This document shows, piece after piece, positions 21,701 to 35,615 of a stretch of 64,000 bases of DNA. Source of the DNA: Lingula anatina. Lineage: Eukaryota; Animalia; Brachiopoda. The first letter of the stretch is position 1. Every line of letters begins with the position of its first letter. The DNA lies in the NCBI GenBank assembly GCA_051362555.1, contig CM120641.1, positions 47,250,401-47,314,400 on the forward strand. Direction: 5' to 3'. Position numbers and translations under genes: made by a program. A model generated the notes under the pieces. That model was not told the DNA's origin. It worked only from the letters and a program-made list of their open reading frames with translations, and searched no databases.

Positions 21701-24335
21701 CGCATGGTTCAATATACAGATCAAACATTCTATAGGATTCCCACGGTTGCCAAACACTCCAACTGTGCACATTTGAATGGCGATGATTACATTTCTAATT
21801 AAATCGTTGTAAAGAAAAAAGTCGGTTTTTTCTAAGGTAGGCCTTTTCTATCAAATTAAATAAAAAAAGACGAAATGTTATTTCAATAACGCGGCTAAGA
21901 ATGAAAATGGTTAGAAAGTTATCCTACAGCGTTTGGTAATGGCTCCCAGTCTTGATTCGATCGTAGGTGCGCAGTAGGTCGCAGGTGCATCGATTCTGTG
22001 AAATACTCTCAGCTGAAAGTGAAAATTAATTGCATGGATTATTTTTCTTTCTTTCAGTTGGGTGAATTCCGTCAGTGGTGCGAAGACAGGCATACACACT
22101 TATTCCAAAACCCATGGTGAGAGAAATACTTGATTGATCACTGTCGCTCAATCAATCTGACTTGTTAGATTAATATTTCATGTCACCAAATAAACGGGAT
22201 TGATTTGGGACCCAGAAGAGTTTATCACTCAGCGGGTTACCCCGAAGGAAAGATATTCAATGTAGAGTACCTGTACCGTCGAATGAAAAAAAAGCCAATA
22301 CAGGTCCATATCTTCTTGTAGTCATCAAATAAATACGCTCCACTCACTGACTATCAAGTTCGCCTTGGACAGAGCTATAAGTAACTTCTGTTAAACTGAA
22401 TACAATAATCATGGAAAAGATAACAAACTGTGACAAATGCCAGCAAGGTTAATGTGATGTGTAAATTACGCAAATTCTGCAAAATGACTCCATCAAGTAA
22501 AATCAATTTCACCAATTTTTATAAAGACAACAATGCGACAAGTTTCAAAAGTATTTATTTATTATCTATTGATTTAATGGTTTATTGATTAATTTATTTT
22601 TATTCCACAGGTACCCTGGCCCAAACGATCCCATAGATCAGGACCCGGATGATGTGATGGTTATGAACGTGTACAGATCACCTACCAGAACGCGGTCATC
22701 AGCCTCGATACGGAGGACGCGGAGGCCCATGGTGCCAGCAGCCACGCCTTTATATTCTAGTGGATATGGTAGTCAGGTAAGTCTTAATACGACAAGGTTT
22801 TATTTATTTGTGCCACAGATCAAGTTGGATGGATTAAGCCCCTGAAACTTTCTTCTTATTGATTTATTTATCTTTATCTTTATTTTTATTTATTTATTTA
22901 TTTATTTATTATTATTATTATTATTAGTTTTTTATCTTTTAATTTTTAATTTTTATTTATTTTTTTGCCTATCCGATCATGTCTCTCATATATATATATA
23001 TATATAATTTATTCTACAACTGAATGAAATAACTGTCGACAAAGGACATATGTACTCACTCAGGTTACTAGATTCCAGGTAACGATTTATAATTATTTAG
23101 TTATCTGTTCGTGCGTATTTTTTCTCCAGATGCATTCGGGTCGCTCTCGGCCTCTTAGACTGTCTCAGTCGTCGGAACGGTCCACTGAAAAGGATGGTTA
23201 TTCTGAACAGTCAGAGAGCAACTATGGTCGGACGGACTCGGGCAGACCAGAAACCAGTGCAGACAGGCCTATAGGGAGATCTCACAGTAGAGGTAACATC
23301 TCAATATAATATAATATAATATAATATAATATAATATAATATAATATTGAAGTAAATAAATTCTATAATATTTGTTAGCAACAGGTCTGAATTTTGTACT
23401 TCGTGATATAATTACCTGTTATGAAAATTTTTTTTCCAAGTCTTTACGTATCCACCTGTTGTGCATTAAAAATCGGACTGATACCACCGTGGTTTCAGAT
23501 ATGAGAAAAACAGTGACGTCGCTTTAAGAAAAGTAACATCAAATATTGATGACACTTGAGGCCGACGCTTTTGTGAAGTCTGCATCTCAAAACATCTTTG
23601 AATTCCTTGCAAAGTGCTTTTCAATTTGGTGTTTTTAAAGACTAGAAAGTGTTGAAACACTAATAAGCTTATTTTATGTGATACTTTTTATCCTTTTTCG
23701 TTTTGTCATTTTTTGCTTAATTAATCGATTTATTTTCAGGTGAATTAGAGCAGGAGGACTCGTCTTACTCCAGACCCTCTAGCAGCCAGCGCGGCAGCCA
23801 AAGTCGCACAAGTTCTGCAGGCAGAAAAGGCGCGAGGTAAGTCACACAGGAATGCGCTAGGTGTGACAAAAACAGAAGGCAATATTCTCATTGTCTGGGT
23901 TTCATTTTCTACGTCTGCTTGTTCTAGGCATTTGCTTTGTGGGACAATACCAGCTAAACTACCACAATTACATTCAACTTTTGATGTACTTTTGGCATCG
24001 TTCTTGAAAACGACCGTACACAGGTAAAGGGTATTGGTTCAATACACATAATGAATCAGCCGATGTATTTTCGGGCGTCCTAAAAATATTCCTAGTTTGT
24101 GTATTGGCCATCCCTCTCTCGGATTCAACAGGCACAAACAGACAGACAAAGATAAATGCATGTGCAGTGCAATTGCATAATTGTAAAAGTTTGTGACATG
24201 ACTTCGCGATCTTCTAACACACTGGAAATTTACCACAACAATAAGGACATGTATAACATGACATACCTGTATGTACTGTCTTCGAATGTTGTATCGATTA
24301 TTTCCTATTCCAGGTCTTCACTACCAGACTATTAG
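18737..24335 (+). CDS. SPMIP2: Sperm microtubule inner protein 2-like (C4orf45/DUF4562 family), about 290 aa
   Basis: Exons 18737-18878, 21151-21374, 22058-22116, 22611-22776, 23130-23292, 23740-23836, 24314-24335 join in frame. Motifs MLFTGPD, YVGE, YLWR, VGEVGW and THLFQNPW match recalled C4orf45 (MIFTGPD..YVGE..YLWR..EIGW..THRYQNPW). The 3' exons are supported only by splice sites and frame. Confidence 0.8.
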
Positions 24336-24679
24336 GAACTCTGTCTTCAAAAAAGTAATTTAAGAAGAACTGGTACAAAAGAAAAGCACAAAACGATTAT
24401 GCAGGGATCCTGAAAGAATAACAGATGTTGAGACAGGAAAAGAATTGACTTGCTCAATCCCACCGCTTCATGCCAGCTAAGGCATTTCTTTAAAATTGCT
24501 CAAAGCACAGTCTTTTGCATTGTTGAGCCTAATCAAAATTAGTTTGAGATATAAATGATTGTAATTAATAGCACATTCCCGATTTCAGATTGCACACTGT
24601 GATTTTAAAATATTTTTTTTATATAAATGCCAGTGTAGTGGATCATTTGGGTCTTTTTATTGAAAGAAACAATTCAGCA

Positions 24680-24712
<33 letters not shown>

Positions 24713-27700
24713 CGCATGGACCTGTAGGTTTATCTATGGGTGTGTTTGTCTGCATGAATGTGTGTGTGTGAAAGAGTATTAGGGGAAACCATATGATGAA
24801 AGTTCTAGCTTGGATATTTGATGCATGCTTAACATGTTAACGTAAATCTGAAGCTCAAAAATTTTCAAAGAAGTCAGTTTCATTTTGTCCAAAAAACTTT
24901 TTTGCTCAAGAATATATGGTCTTCTGAGAAACGACCAAAAAAGAAATTATCAAAACTAAACAGTTTTTCAAAGATCTCATTTTTAACAGCTGCACCTTCT
25001 AGCAATGGGAATAATTTCATGCCATAGCTTTATCATGTGGAATTTATGTTTGAATCTTATATTAGACAAGTCAAATGAAGAATTCTGGTCATTTCACTTA
25101 TTTAAATGTCACTTGTTAAATCTCACTCAATACAAAGTCTTCCATAAAGTGTTTTAGACCAAAATTTAAGACAAAGTAGCATGTTTTCAATATGGAAATA
25201 TGTAGATTGAGAATGTAATACTTAGAGGGTCAGAATAACAGAAAACGTAGTTTAAAAATAGAACTTTCAGCAATTCCTTGACCATTTGTCTCATGATATA
25301 TATTGGTAGCTTTGTTTTGCTCAATACTTTTTTATATTTAACTGCAGTATATCTCTTTGGTTTGACAATCTGTGTTATCATATATTCTCTGATATTGCTG
25401 TAATAAAACTGAATATATTTATCAATTTTGTCTTAATACTTGAAATTTAGAGTGGGATTAAAGAGAGAAGGTAGTACTAGTACAGCACAATATAATTGTA
25501 AGTCATGGAGGGGTATGTAGTATTAAAAATGAAGCAATTTCGTGACTAATTGGGCCACATCTAAACCAGTAATTATTTGTAGAAAAAACACTGTAATTTT
25601 AGGTTGTTTAGCCTATAGACTCATAATGACAGGAGATTATACTGAACTTTTAATCCAGATACTCTAAACAAACACAATATTTCAACATGCAGAAATGTAT
25701 ATCCATAGTGTATTGAATACGTGACATGGAGTGAAGTACACTGGGCATCAAGGGAAAAATAGCTAAAACATGATCAAAATCACTTTCTTGAAGCATTTTC
25801 TGCCGATTAATTTTCCCCTTTGCCAAACAAAGCCCAATCCAATGCTAAATGATAGCAAATTGCTGTTCAACCCAACATTCTAGTATTATGTTTGGCAGAA
25901 ATTGTCTAAAATAAGCTTTTCTTGTTATGAATTAAAGTGATTATAAAGACAAAAGATCTAAAATAAATATTACTAAATTTATTAATTCTCATATGGAACA
26001 GACTTCCAACCTCCAAAATTGACTAGCCATTTTTACAAGAGATGTAATTCTTAAGAAATTTTTTATACACATTTCAAAAACAAGACAAATCAGCAAAACA
26101 TCAAACTAACCACATCCAACATCATCTTGGGTACAATAATCAAGACATCATCATGTCAAATATAATTCAACACATTACATAAAAAATTAGCAAAAACCTG
26201 AAAACTAATCTATACACAAAAAGTTATTTAGGGGGTACAAAAATAACAAGCAGAAAGATGAAAGAATCATCCATATTCTACTGTACAAAGTGCAGCATAT
26301 TAATAGTGTGAGCTGAAGTTATGAAAAATATAAATATGTTAGAATAAAATTGCACTCTAAAGTTGTTTATTTTTTATCACTGCATAGCAATGTCATGATC
26401 ACAATGTTAGTGGTATTGATGGCATTCACTAATATGCTGGCATTTTCCCAGCATAAGCTGCATATACCGTAGATAACAGGCAAAGACCTTAGGTTGGTTG
26501 CTTATAACAATAACAATAACAGGGTCTACATCCCATTATTATGGGTATATCACATCACTGCTGCTGTCATTTAATTCAAAAATATATAAAAGCCAATGTA
26601 CATGCTAGACAGTCTCTAAAATATTCCAGATCCAACCATTGCCACCAATGTAGTCACTTTCTTCACTATGAAATCTCCATAGGTACACACTTTTCATGGG
26701 CATCAGAGGACATCTCAATTAAAGAAACTAGCACTGGGTTCCAAGCTCAGCCTTTGCTATGGAAGGCATGTATGGGTCTATAACTATACATGATAACAGT
26801 CTGGTTTAAATCATCTGAATTTTTTTCTAATCATAATGACATCAAAGTGTGATTATGTCTGTATTCAACCATCCACTTGTTCACTAAAGACTAAGAAAAG
26901 ACACAGAAAAGAATAGGTGAAGTCATCTGCCTGATCATATTGTTTCAATACCACTGCTGGACTATCTAATTTCATCCTCACATCATGCAGATTAATAAGA
27001 ATTCATGTAAAAAAGAAAATAGTAATGTTTTAAAATACACTGTCAGTTTCTTTGCAAATCAAATAATTTGTTACATGATAACACTACTACTGTCTGCCCC
27101 TAAACCCACCCAGAAATTCAAAAAGGTTAAAAGGTAAATGATACTTATATCAATTAAAAAATTAATCTACAACAAGAATTTGAACCATTCTTTCTCAAAC
27201 TTAATCCATAATAAATTTCACAGACACATGACAATTAAATTTCTAGACAATAGCATTTCACAAAAATTCACAGAAAACATGAAATTTACATGCAATATAT
27301 ATTAAACTATTCAACAGATCCATTAACAGAGAATTTGAAAAAATGACAGATATCATAAACACATATTGCAATATACCAATGGAAGATTCCGCTACATGTA
27401 TATTAGCAAAAATATCAATATAACTATAAAGGGGTGATGAGGATTCTGCTTTGCATCTGTCATAAATGTAGATCCATAACATACCTTTTACTTTGCATGA
27501 TAACTGTTTTGTCCCAATAAACTGATGCATTGCTCATATCTGAGGCAAAGTTGGAATGAAAGTCTTTAAAAACTCTCTTCCACTATTACTACATATAAGA
27601 TCCAATCAAATTATTTGGATCATATATATAAGACAAGCTACAGGGTTGGGCTGGATTGAAATGAGGAGGGGAGCAGGGCTTTGGGTAAGATCCTCTCTGG

Positions 27701-27889
27701 ATCTGAATCCAATTAAGTGTGCATGTGCTCAGTATGTACATGCTATTATCACATTTCAGCAGTCAGTTGCATGCTAGTCAAGAATCGCACCATCTTTGAA
27801 GGCAACTACTTTTATATAATATAAAGAGATATATAACAAACAAACTATTCCAATCCACAGACCTGACATATTACTGATACTAGAATAAG

Positions 27890-27962
27890 AGTGTCATATT
27901 CCTAGAAGTGTCATATTCCTAGGGGGTGTCACATTCCCAGGGGGTGTAATATTCCCAGAGGG
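27890..27962. repeat. Four ~17-18-bp tandem repeats just after the annexin stop codon
   Basis: GTGTCATATTCCTAG-like unit repeated four times. Confidence 0.8.
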
Positions 27963-27970
27963 TAAGGCAA

Positions 27971-30900
27971 TCAGTATCTCTCTCCACACAATGCCAGCAG
28001 AACTCGCTTGTAGTCTCCTGATGTATCATCCTGAAATAAAAATCAACACTGTGATGTAAAAAAATTCAATCATAACATCGCAGTTATCATTATGTTTACT
28101 TCTTTAAACCTTTTCAAACAACTGTGCAAGTACAAATAGGTTTAGGTCATGCATAAGGGTCATAAATGTTGATTTTGGTTGTTTTTCTTTAAGTAACATT
28201 GAAGAAAGTTAGATTTCCACCTTTTAAAATTTTTTCTGTGTGTGTGTGTGTGTGTGTGTGTTTTCACAGATGTGCATATATCTTGTATAAACAAAACTGT
28301 AGCAATACAACACATGCACTAACCCTAATAAAAGCTCCCAAACTCTGCTGATATTTCTTCTGAAATTCTTCTTTGATCTGGACCATATCCACTTCACACC
28401 TGGTGACTACCACACGGATCAGTGTCTTGTCATCTGTACCCAGGCCCTAGGAGTAGACAACAAGTAGATAATATAAATAATAAACATAATGACAGAAAAC
28501 AGGTGCTCTTGAGGACCTTGTCAATATTTTGGCATCCTACTCAAAAATTATTTGTCTGACATTTGAATTAATACAGTGGTTTCTTCATTCATTTTGCCAA
28601 AATACATGCAAAAAAAAAAAATCCAATATCGCTCACTAAAATAATCTGACTATGCCAATTTTAAAACTCTATCTGCCTTTTCGCTTAACGCAATCTCTGA
28701 ATTTAATTGAAATTCAAACAAAATTTATGGTTTGGCAGTCATGGTGAAAAAGTCCCAAAAATGACCGGATGCAGGTTATCAGAATATATACTGAAACCTT
28801 CAGTGTCTGCACATTAAACTTCATTCAGATACATTCTTCCAAACAAAGACAGTTTGTACATACCTTCATTGAAGTATACATTTTTTCAGCAAAATATGAG
28901 GCCTTGTTCTTCACCACTTTCACTGTAAAAACAAATATGTATTGCTCAAACTGAGAGTTAAATGGATTTAATGAAGTGGTCATCAAATACATTAAATCAA
29001 GATTAAAACAACAGCATTCTCTTTACCTATTGTCAGCATTCCCTTGGCCAGATCCCCAGACATCTCACTCTGTATGGCTCTCTCAATAGTGTTCTTAGAT
29101 AACTTCTGGTACTCGTCAAACACTGCCCTGAGCTGTGGGAAGCTCTGTGATGCCAAGATGGCATTAAACATGGACTCATCTGTGCCCCAGCGCTTCTCTC
29201 CAGCATCATACAGTTTCTGAAAACAGCATTTATTTGTAAAGTGTCTATACATAAGACAAATGTTTTAGATTTAATCTTATTACAGTATAATCAACCGTTT
29301 TGTCTGACCTTTTGCTCTCTGGTGGAGAAGCATGATGAAATATTATGTGTATAATCAAAAAAGAGGTGTGCGTGCGTGGACGTGTGTTTGCATACATTTT
29401 TAAATATCTACACGTGCCCCATCTTAGCGTTATTGGACTTCCCACATAAAAACAATAACAAGGATTTGCTAATTTGCATACTGGTGCATTAAAAAGTTAA
29501 ACAAAACAAATAGTATATAAATCATATTGTGATCTACCCTGGCATCTTGCTGTGCTTTTTGCATATTAGGAGCTTGGTTTTCATCTCGGTGGCCCTGAAA
29601 AATAAACATAAACACTTGTCCAGGTAAACACACAGTATGGTTTCATACAGCATTAAAAGGGGGCAGTGAAATCCCCTAAAACAAAAAGTTTCTAGCTGTT
29701 ATGCGCAATCTTTTCTTAACACTGTCACAAAATATTAAATCGACAATCACAAAACACTAGCTGCTACAGCTAAAACTCTGTCACAGCTGACACACTGTCA
29801 TATCCAACACACTGGCACAGCTGACACACAGTCACATCCAACACACTGGTACAGCTGCCACACTGTCACATCCAACACACTGGTACAGCTGCCACACTGT
29901 CACATCCAACACACTATCACAGCTGACACACTGTCACATCCAACACACTGTCACAGCTGACACACTGTCACATCCAACACACTATCACAGCTGACACACT
30001 GTCACATCCAACACACTGGTACAGCTGACACACTGTCACATCCAACACACTATCACAGCTGACACACTGTCACATCCAACACACTGGTACAGCTGACACA
30101 CTGTCACATCCAACACACTATCACAGCTGACACACAGTCACATCCAACACACTGGTACAGCTGCCACACTGTCACATCCAACACACTGGTACAGCTGACA
30201 CACTGTCACATCCAACACACTGGTACAGCTGCCACACTGCCACATCCAACACACTATCACAGCTGCCACACTGTCACATCCAACACACTGGTACAGCTGA
30301 CACACTGTCACATCCAACACACTATCACAGCTGACACACTGTCACATCCAACACACTGGTACAGCTGACACACTGTCACATCCAACACACTGGTACAGCT
30401 GACACACTGTCACATCCAACACACTGGTACAGCTGACACAATCACATTTGTACTTACATTTGCCATAGAAACCATGAGCCTCTTAAAATGACCAGATGTG
30501 TCTCCTGCGATGTCTTGTTCTAGTGAGGTCCGGTACACTAAAAGTACAGCATTTATGCTTAAATAATGATCATTTTAATGATTTAAAAATCTTATTACTT
30601 GAAAAAGTGAAGTATCAAAAAATGCATGTCCGCATTTCAATAGAAAGCACAATATCAAATTTGTTTTCAAACTTACTTTGTTTATAAGCTGCATTAATTG
30701 CCTGGATTTCACGATTGTTCCTTGTGCACAAAATTTCAATCAGTGCATCTTCATCAGTTCCTAAACCCTGCAATATGAAATCTAAAATATGAATCTACAC
30801 ATACATCTACATTAATGTATAATGACTGATAACTTTACTTCATCCAAAGCCATAAAAAATTAAGCATATGAGACTTACACTAAAAATGTATTGTAAAACA

Positions 30901-33900
30901 GTGCCATATTAAAAAATTCACCTGGCATACTCATTGATTTCATTCCCGTTTTTACTCTAAAATGCACTGTTGCTAAAACTGAATGAATGACCATACAAAT
31001 ATTTCTACCATATTTCTGCAATTCCAAATAAACCAACATAAATTTTGCTCAAATTCAATGCAGACTCATTGGTACAACTCCAAAAAATTTAAAAAATGAC
31101 AAAATCTTTTTTCAAATTTTCGGCCTATCAGTTAGACAATATTTTGCAAGTGAATGACAAATGGAATAGATAACCAATTTTAGTTAGTTACATAAAATAT
31201 TAAGACTTTAGACCTTAAATAAATTAAGCTTCCTTCATATTGATGAGCCAGCCACTTACCGCCATTGCACGCCTGAGTTCCGAGGCATCATATTTCTCAG
31301 GAGGCAACATGAGGGCCAGGACACAATCTTCAAATTTACCACTCAGTTCACTCTTCAAGTCTTGTATTAAATCCTTAAATGATGCAAAAATAATTCTAAA
31401 TATATAAATAAAATACACTGTACGTTTTCATCAGAAATCAAATAATAATAATGTAAGAGCTGAAGGAAGTTGTAAGTTGAAGGTCATATATGGTGCCTAG
31501 ATGATTCAACTAATAACTGGACAAATTGCATGGAAACTGCTTAATACAATAAATTAATTATAGATTTAGATGCCACATAACCAAGCAGTTTTCAACAAGT
31601 GGAAGATACTGCTAGCAGCATCATATTCACTTATACAATCCATCCACTGTACACAACATACAAGAGTTTAATTACATCAAGGCTCTTTTGCATGGCATAC
31701 AGTGGATGACGAGTAGTTGTAACTGACTTATCCCACAACTGGCACTTTGAACAAAAGGTCGAACGCACGAAGCGATTTAAAATACAGGCAAGTGCGTAAG
31801 TAAAATACATGTGCAATTATCCTATTGTTGAAAGTGTCAGCTATGGGATAAGCTATGTAATTTAACTACACATATAAATAGTTTAAGAGGTATGCTCCCT
31901 TGACATCAATAAAAAGAAGATTATGTACACAGAAATACCCATACTGTCCAGACTGTTTAACCTAACAGTCTAATTAAAAAATCTAATGGCTAAATAAGAT
32001 ACTGAATGTCTCAATAAGAAACATCCTTAAGTCTCCCTAGTGGTACATGTAATTAAATAAAGAAAAATACTTGTATCACATTGCAATGAATTAAAATAAG
32101 AGAAGCAATAGATATGATGTTGCATGATATTCAAGGATGGAAATCTGCCTAATGTGGTAAGACAATTTTATAAAAGAACCTTTCTATCTTCCATTCAAGG
32201 ATCAAGCAGACCTTGGGGAAATTCATCATTGATTCATAATTTTATAAACATCATGCAATCTTTATCCAGAGGGGAAATAATGTACTAACAGTCATTAACC
32301 ATAAATTTCAAACTTCTCATTTTTTTCTCATTGATATTATTCAAATTTCATCGCTTTTTGTTTCTCACAAAGCATGCTACCTATACTTAACTCATTTTCT
32401 AAATTGTTTTTATTCATCTTTTTTAGGTATAATCCACAGAACACTGCTTTAGAAAATATCATCCATTCAGTCATTCATTTTGTTTTAATTCACTGAGTAA
32501 ATACAGTACACCTCAGAAGCACATCTGGGGCTCCATAGTTTAGTGCTGAGACATGAAGCACAGCTAGGTTAATATGCTGTGACTTGTGGTAATGGGTTCC
32601 ATGTGCGTAAAAAAAAAAAAAGACTCTCATGACAATTCCATCATGCAAAATCCAACAAGACAATACTTGTCTTTAAATGGAATATACTTACCCTTCCATA
32701 CATAGTTTTGTACTGCAGAAACAATTTTTGGCGTTGTGCGTTTGTCCTAAATCCAAGAATGTCAATGATGGCTCTCTCATCAGTACCTGTAAATTTTAAC
32801 AAATTTGATTCAGAATGAACATTTTTGAACTGATAATGAACATTTTTGAACCAATAATAACTGAAATAGAAGATTATATCTGGCATAAGTCAGGTAAATA
32901 AAAACTTTGGATTCAAACATACTGGGCATAAATGCTACATACCGTAAAAATGCAGCATACTGTAAAAAAAATACTAATCACCTAATTTGCATTTGGATTA
33001 CCTAGGTGCTATGAATGTTGCACATCTACATATGAAAACTTCTACACTGTACTGTCAGTCATTTCACCAGCCCAATTTCCTCTTTCCAATTAAACATGTA
33101 AAATTAACAGTGTTTACTTATTTATTTATTCATTTGTTGTAATAAGGTCATAGCTGTAGCAGTCAGTATGATGATGAATATAATTCCAGGCACTCACATA
33201 CTATGACTTTAACCTATTTCCTCAGTGACTCACTTTCTGGTTATCAAAAAATGGCTGGAAATATAACTACTAGTAATGATGATTTAAGTAAGTTCTAGTT
33301 CTTAATGTGTGAAACTCAGGGTGAGAGACTTGCCCTCGGCTTACCTAATCCTTTCATGGCTTTCCTCAACTTAGCACTGTCATCCTCAGGGTTGAAAGGG
33401 GTGTGGTCTCTTATAGTTCCCTGTTCCTGAAGAAGAAAACATTCTGTATAAAAACACTCTGTAATATCAGGATTACAGCTCACCCTCATATGTCTCCTAG
33501 TATTTTGCTTTCAACCAATTATCTTGAAGACTTAAGCTAAATGTTATGTTTTATGCATGGCTAAATCACACGCCGAGTCGGAGAAAAAAAAGATTTAAAA
33601 TAATTTAATTTGAACAATTTCTTTAGCTAAAATATTTTTTCTGGAAGCAATTACTCAACAACAGGATAATGTGGTACTGGTGCAATAGCTGTCAAGCAAT
33701 AATGAATAATTTTGTGGTTTAATGCATGTATAACTGCTTTCCAAAATCTATCAAGCTGCAGAGACATTTTTACATTTTAGTTTTTACCAAAATGAGAAAA
33801 GGAACAACAGAGCAAAAGTAAGGTGACTTAGAGTTATAAAATTTAATTTTATTACAAATACCATGTAATTTCATGAGATATGGGCCATTTCATAAAACTA

Positions 33901-35581
33901 ACAGGGCACTCTAAAACTACAAGCACCATAATTGCTCATATCCACTCTCATGACTAATATATCAACTTGATGACAGTGAGATGTAGCTAGCAATACAGCT
34001 AAAAGCCTTCCATATTCAATATTCATTAAATTTATGAACATTAAATCAAAATGACACAATGCATTTTTATACTCTAAAGAAAGTATAACAAATTTTATAT
34101 CATTTTACCACTGCCACTGCCTGGCTATAGACATACTTGAGCATATTTTCATTGCCAAGAGACATAGCAAACTAGTGTGATATCTATTAATATCTCTCTC
34201 ATGTCTTTGAATAATCATCATTACATGTTTAAAGTGATGATAAAAATAGATGATTCACATGAGCCTAATAAAATTCAACTCTCAACCTGCAGTAGGATAT
34301 AAAAACGAAGAGTGTCACACAGGTATTACACAAAAATTTTTAGTTGATAAAATGGCTGAACCATAAATATATATTCTATAAAGTAAGTTCCGATTCTGGA
34401 CATCTAAACCTCTCACATAAAAACTATATAAAAATGGCCATGTGTTGGTGGTACATAAACATGGTTTTCAATCTCTCAGATTTACTGAACAGATGTTTAC
34501 AAGCTGCTCCAAACTGCATCACTAGCCATATGTTTAATTAAAACTATCAGAAGTCCTGCTAAATCATGAATGAAATATGTAATGAAGGAGCAGACATAAT
34601 TTCTTAAACAAAACTGCCACCACCATTTATACTAATTTTTATAGAAGAAATGACCAGAGTTCAAAAATGCATAATACCCAAAAAAAATCATTATTTTAAC
34701 CCCAAATTGCTTTTCGCTGCCACTTGCAATTGTACTAAAATCAACCAAGTGTCTATAATATGTAGCATATATACTCAGCTGCCCTACTTTGACCTTTCCT
34801 ATAGCTACAGTGTATATGTACCGGTACCATGGTAGGTGTATGCAGGTCATGCTTGAACTTTTTAGAAAATGTTTTTTAAAGAAAGACAGAACATGGGACA
34901 AAACAATTTCATCACACATTTAATAGGGGATTGAGTTTTTTCCCAAGCCTGGCACAGTCTTTAACCAATTAACATGGGATCTAAGAACTATTCTGATAAA
35001 TATCAAAATATCTGTTCCATGGATGGTTGCAATACAGACAACCATTCCCTTCACTGTTCACACACAAAATGAGCACATCTGATAAAAAAAGTATGTCAAC
35101 AAAGTATTTGTAGGAGTATATATTCTGCAACATAACAACTACCAAGTTATAAATCATTCATAAAACCTGTTCATAACTACACCAGAAACAGAATGCTATC
35201 CAGTGCATCTCAATACATCAATTAGCAACACAACATCCCTTTTAGTTCATAATATCTTTTTTTTGAAAACTCACCTCCGTAGCACTAGCCATTGTGAAGA
35301 CGTCTGCTCTTCTTTTGGTCTACTTTATGAGCCAGTTGTGTTTATCTTTTACAGGCTACCAGTGCAGCCTTTATATACACACCCTTCCTCTGACCTAATT
35401 ATATTAATAGTGCAAGCCGGGCATTTATATTTATGTTGTGCAGTGCATCATCTGCAGCTCTAGCAGCATGCAGGTATATCCTGTACTCGCTGTATGCCCA
35501 TGGTGAAGTATAACTAACTTAACATGCAAGTACTAATAGGATGCAAAAAAAAAAATAAATAAATAAAAATAAATAAATAAC

Positions 35582-35615
<34 letters not shown>

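Noticed and set aside
29786-30440. CRISPR-like array or Cys-rich repeat protein (ORF 30138-30320)
   Set aside because: Head-to-tail units with no unique spacers, no cas genes, and an intronic location; the ORF is a by-product of the repeat.
32528-32621. tRNA gene or tRNA-derived SINE (TAGTTTAGTG, GGGTTCCAT, A-run)
   Set aside because: A and B boxes are degenerate and no cloverleaf could be built; too weak to call.
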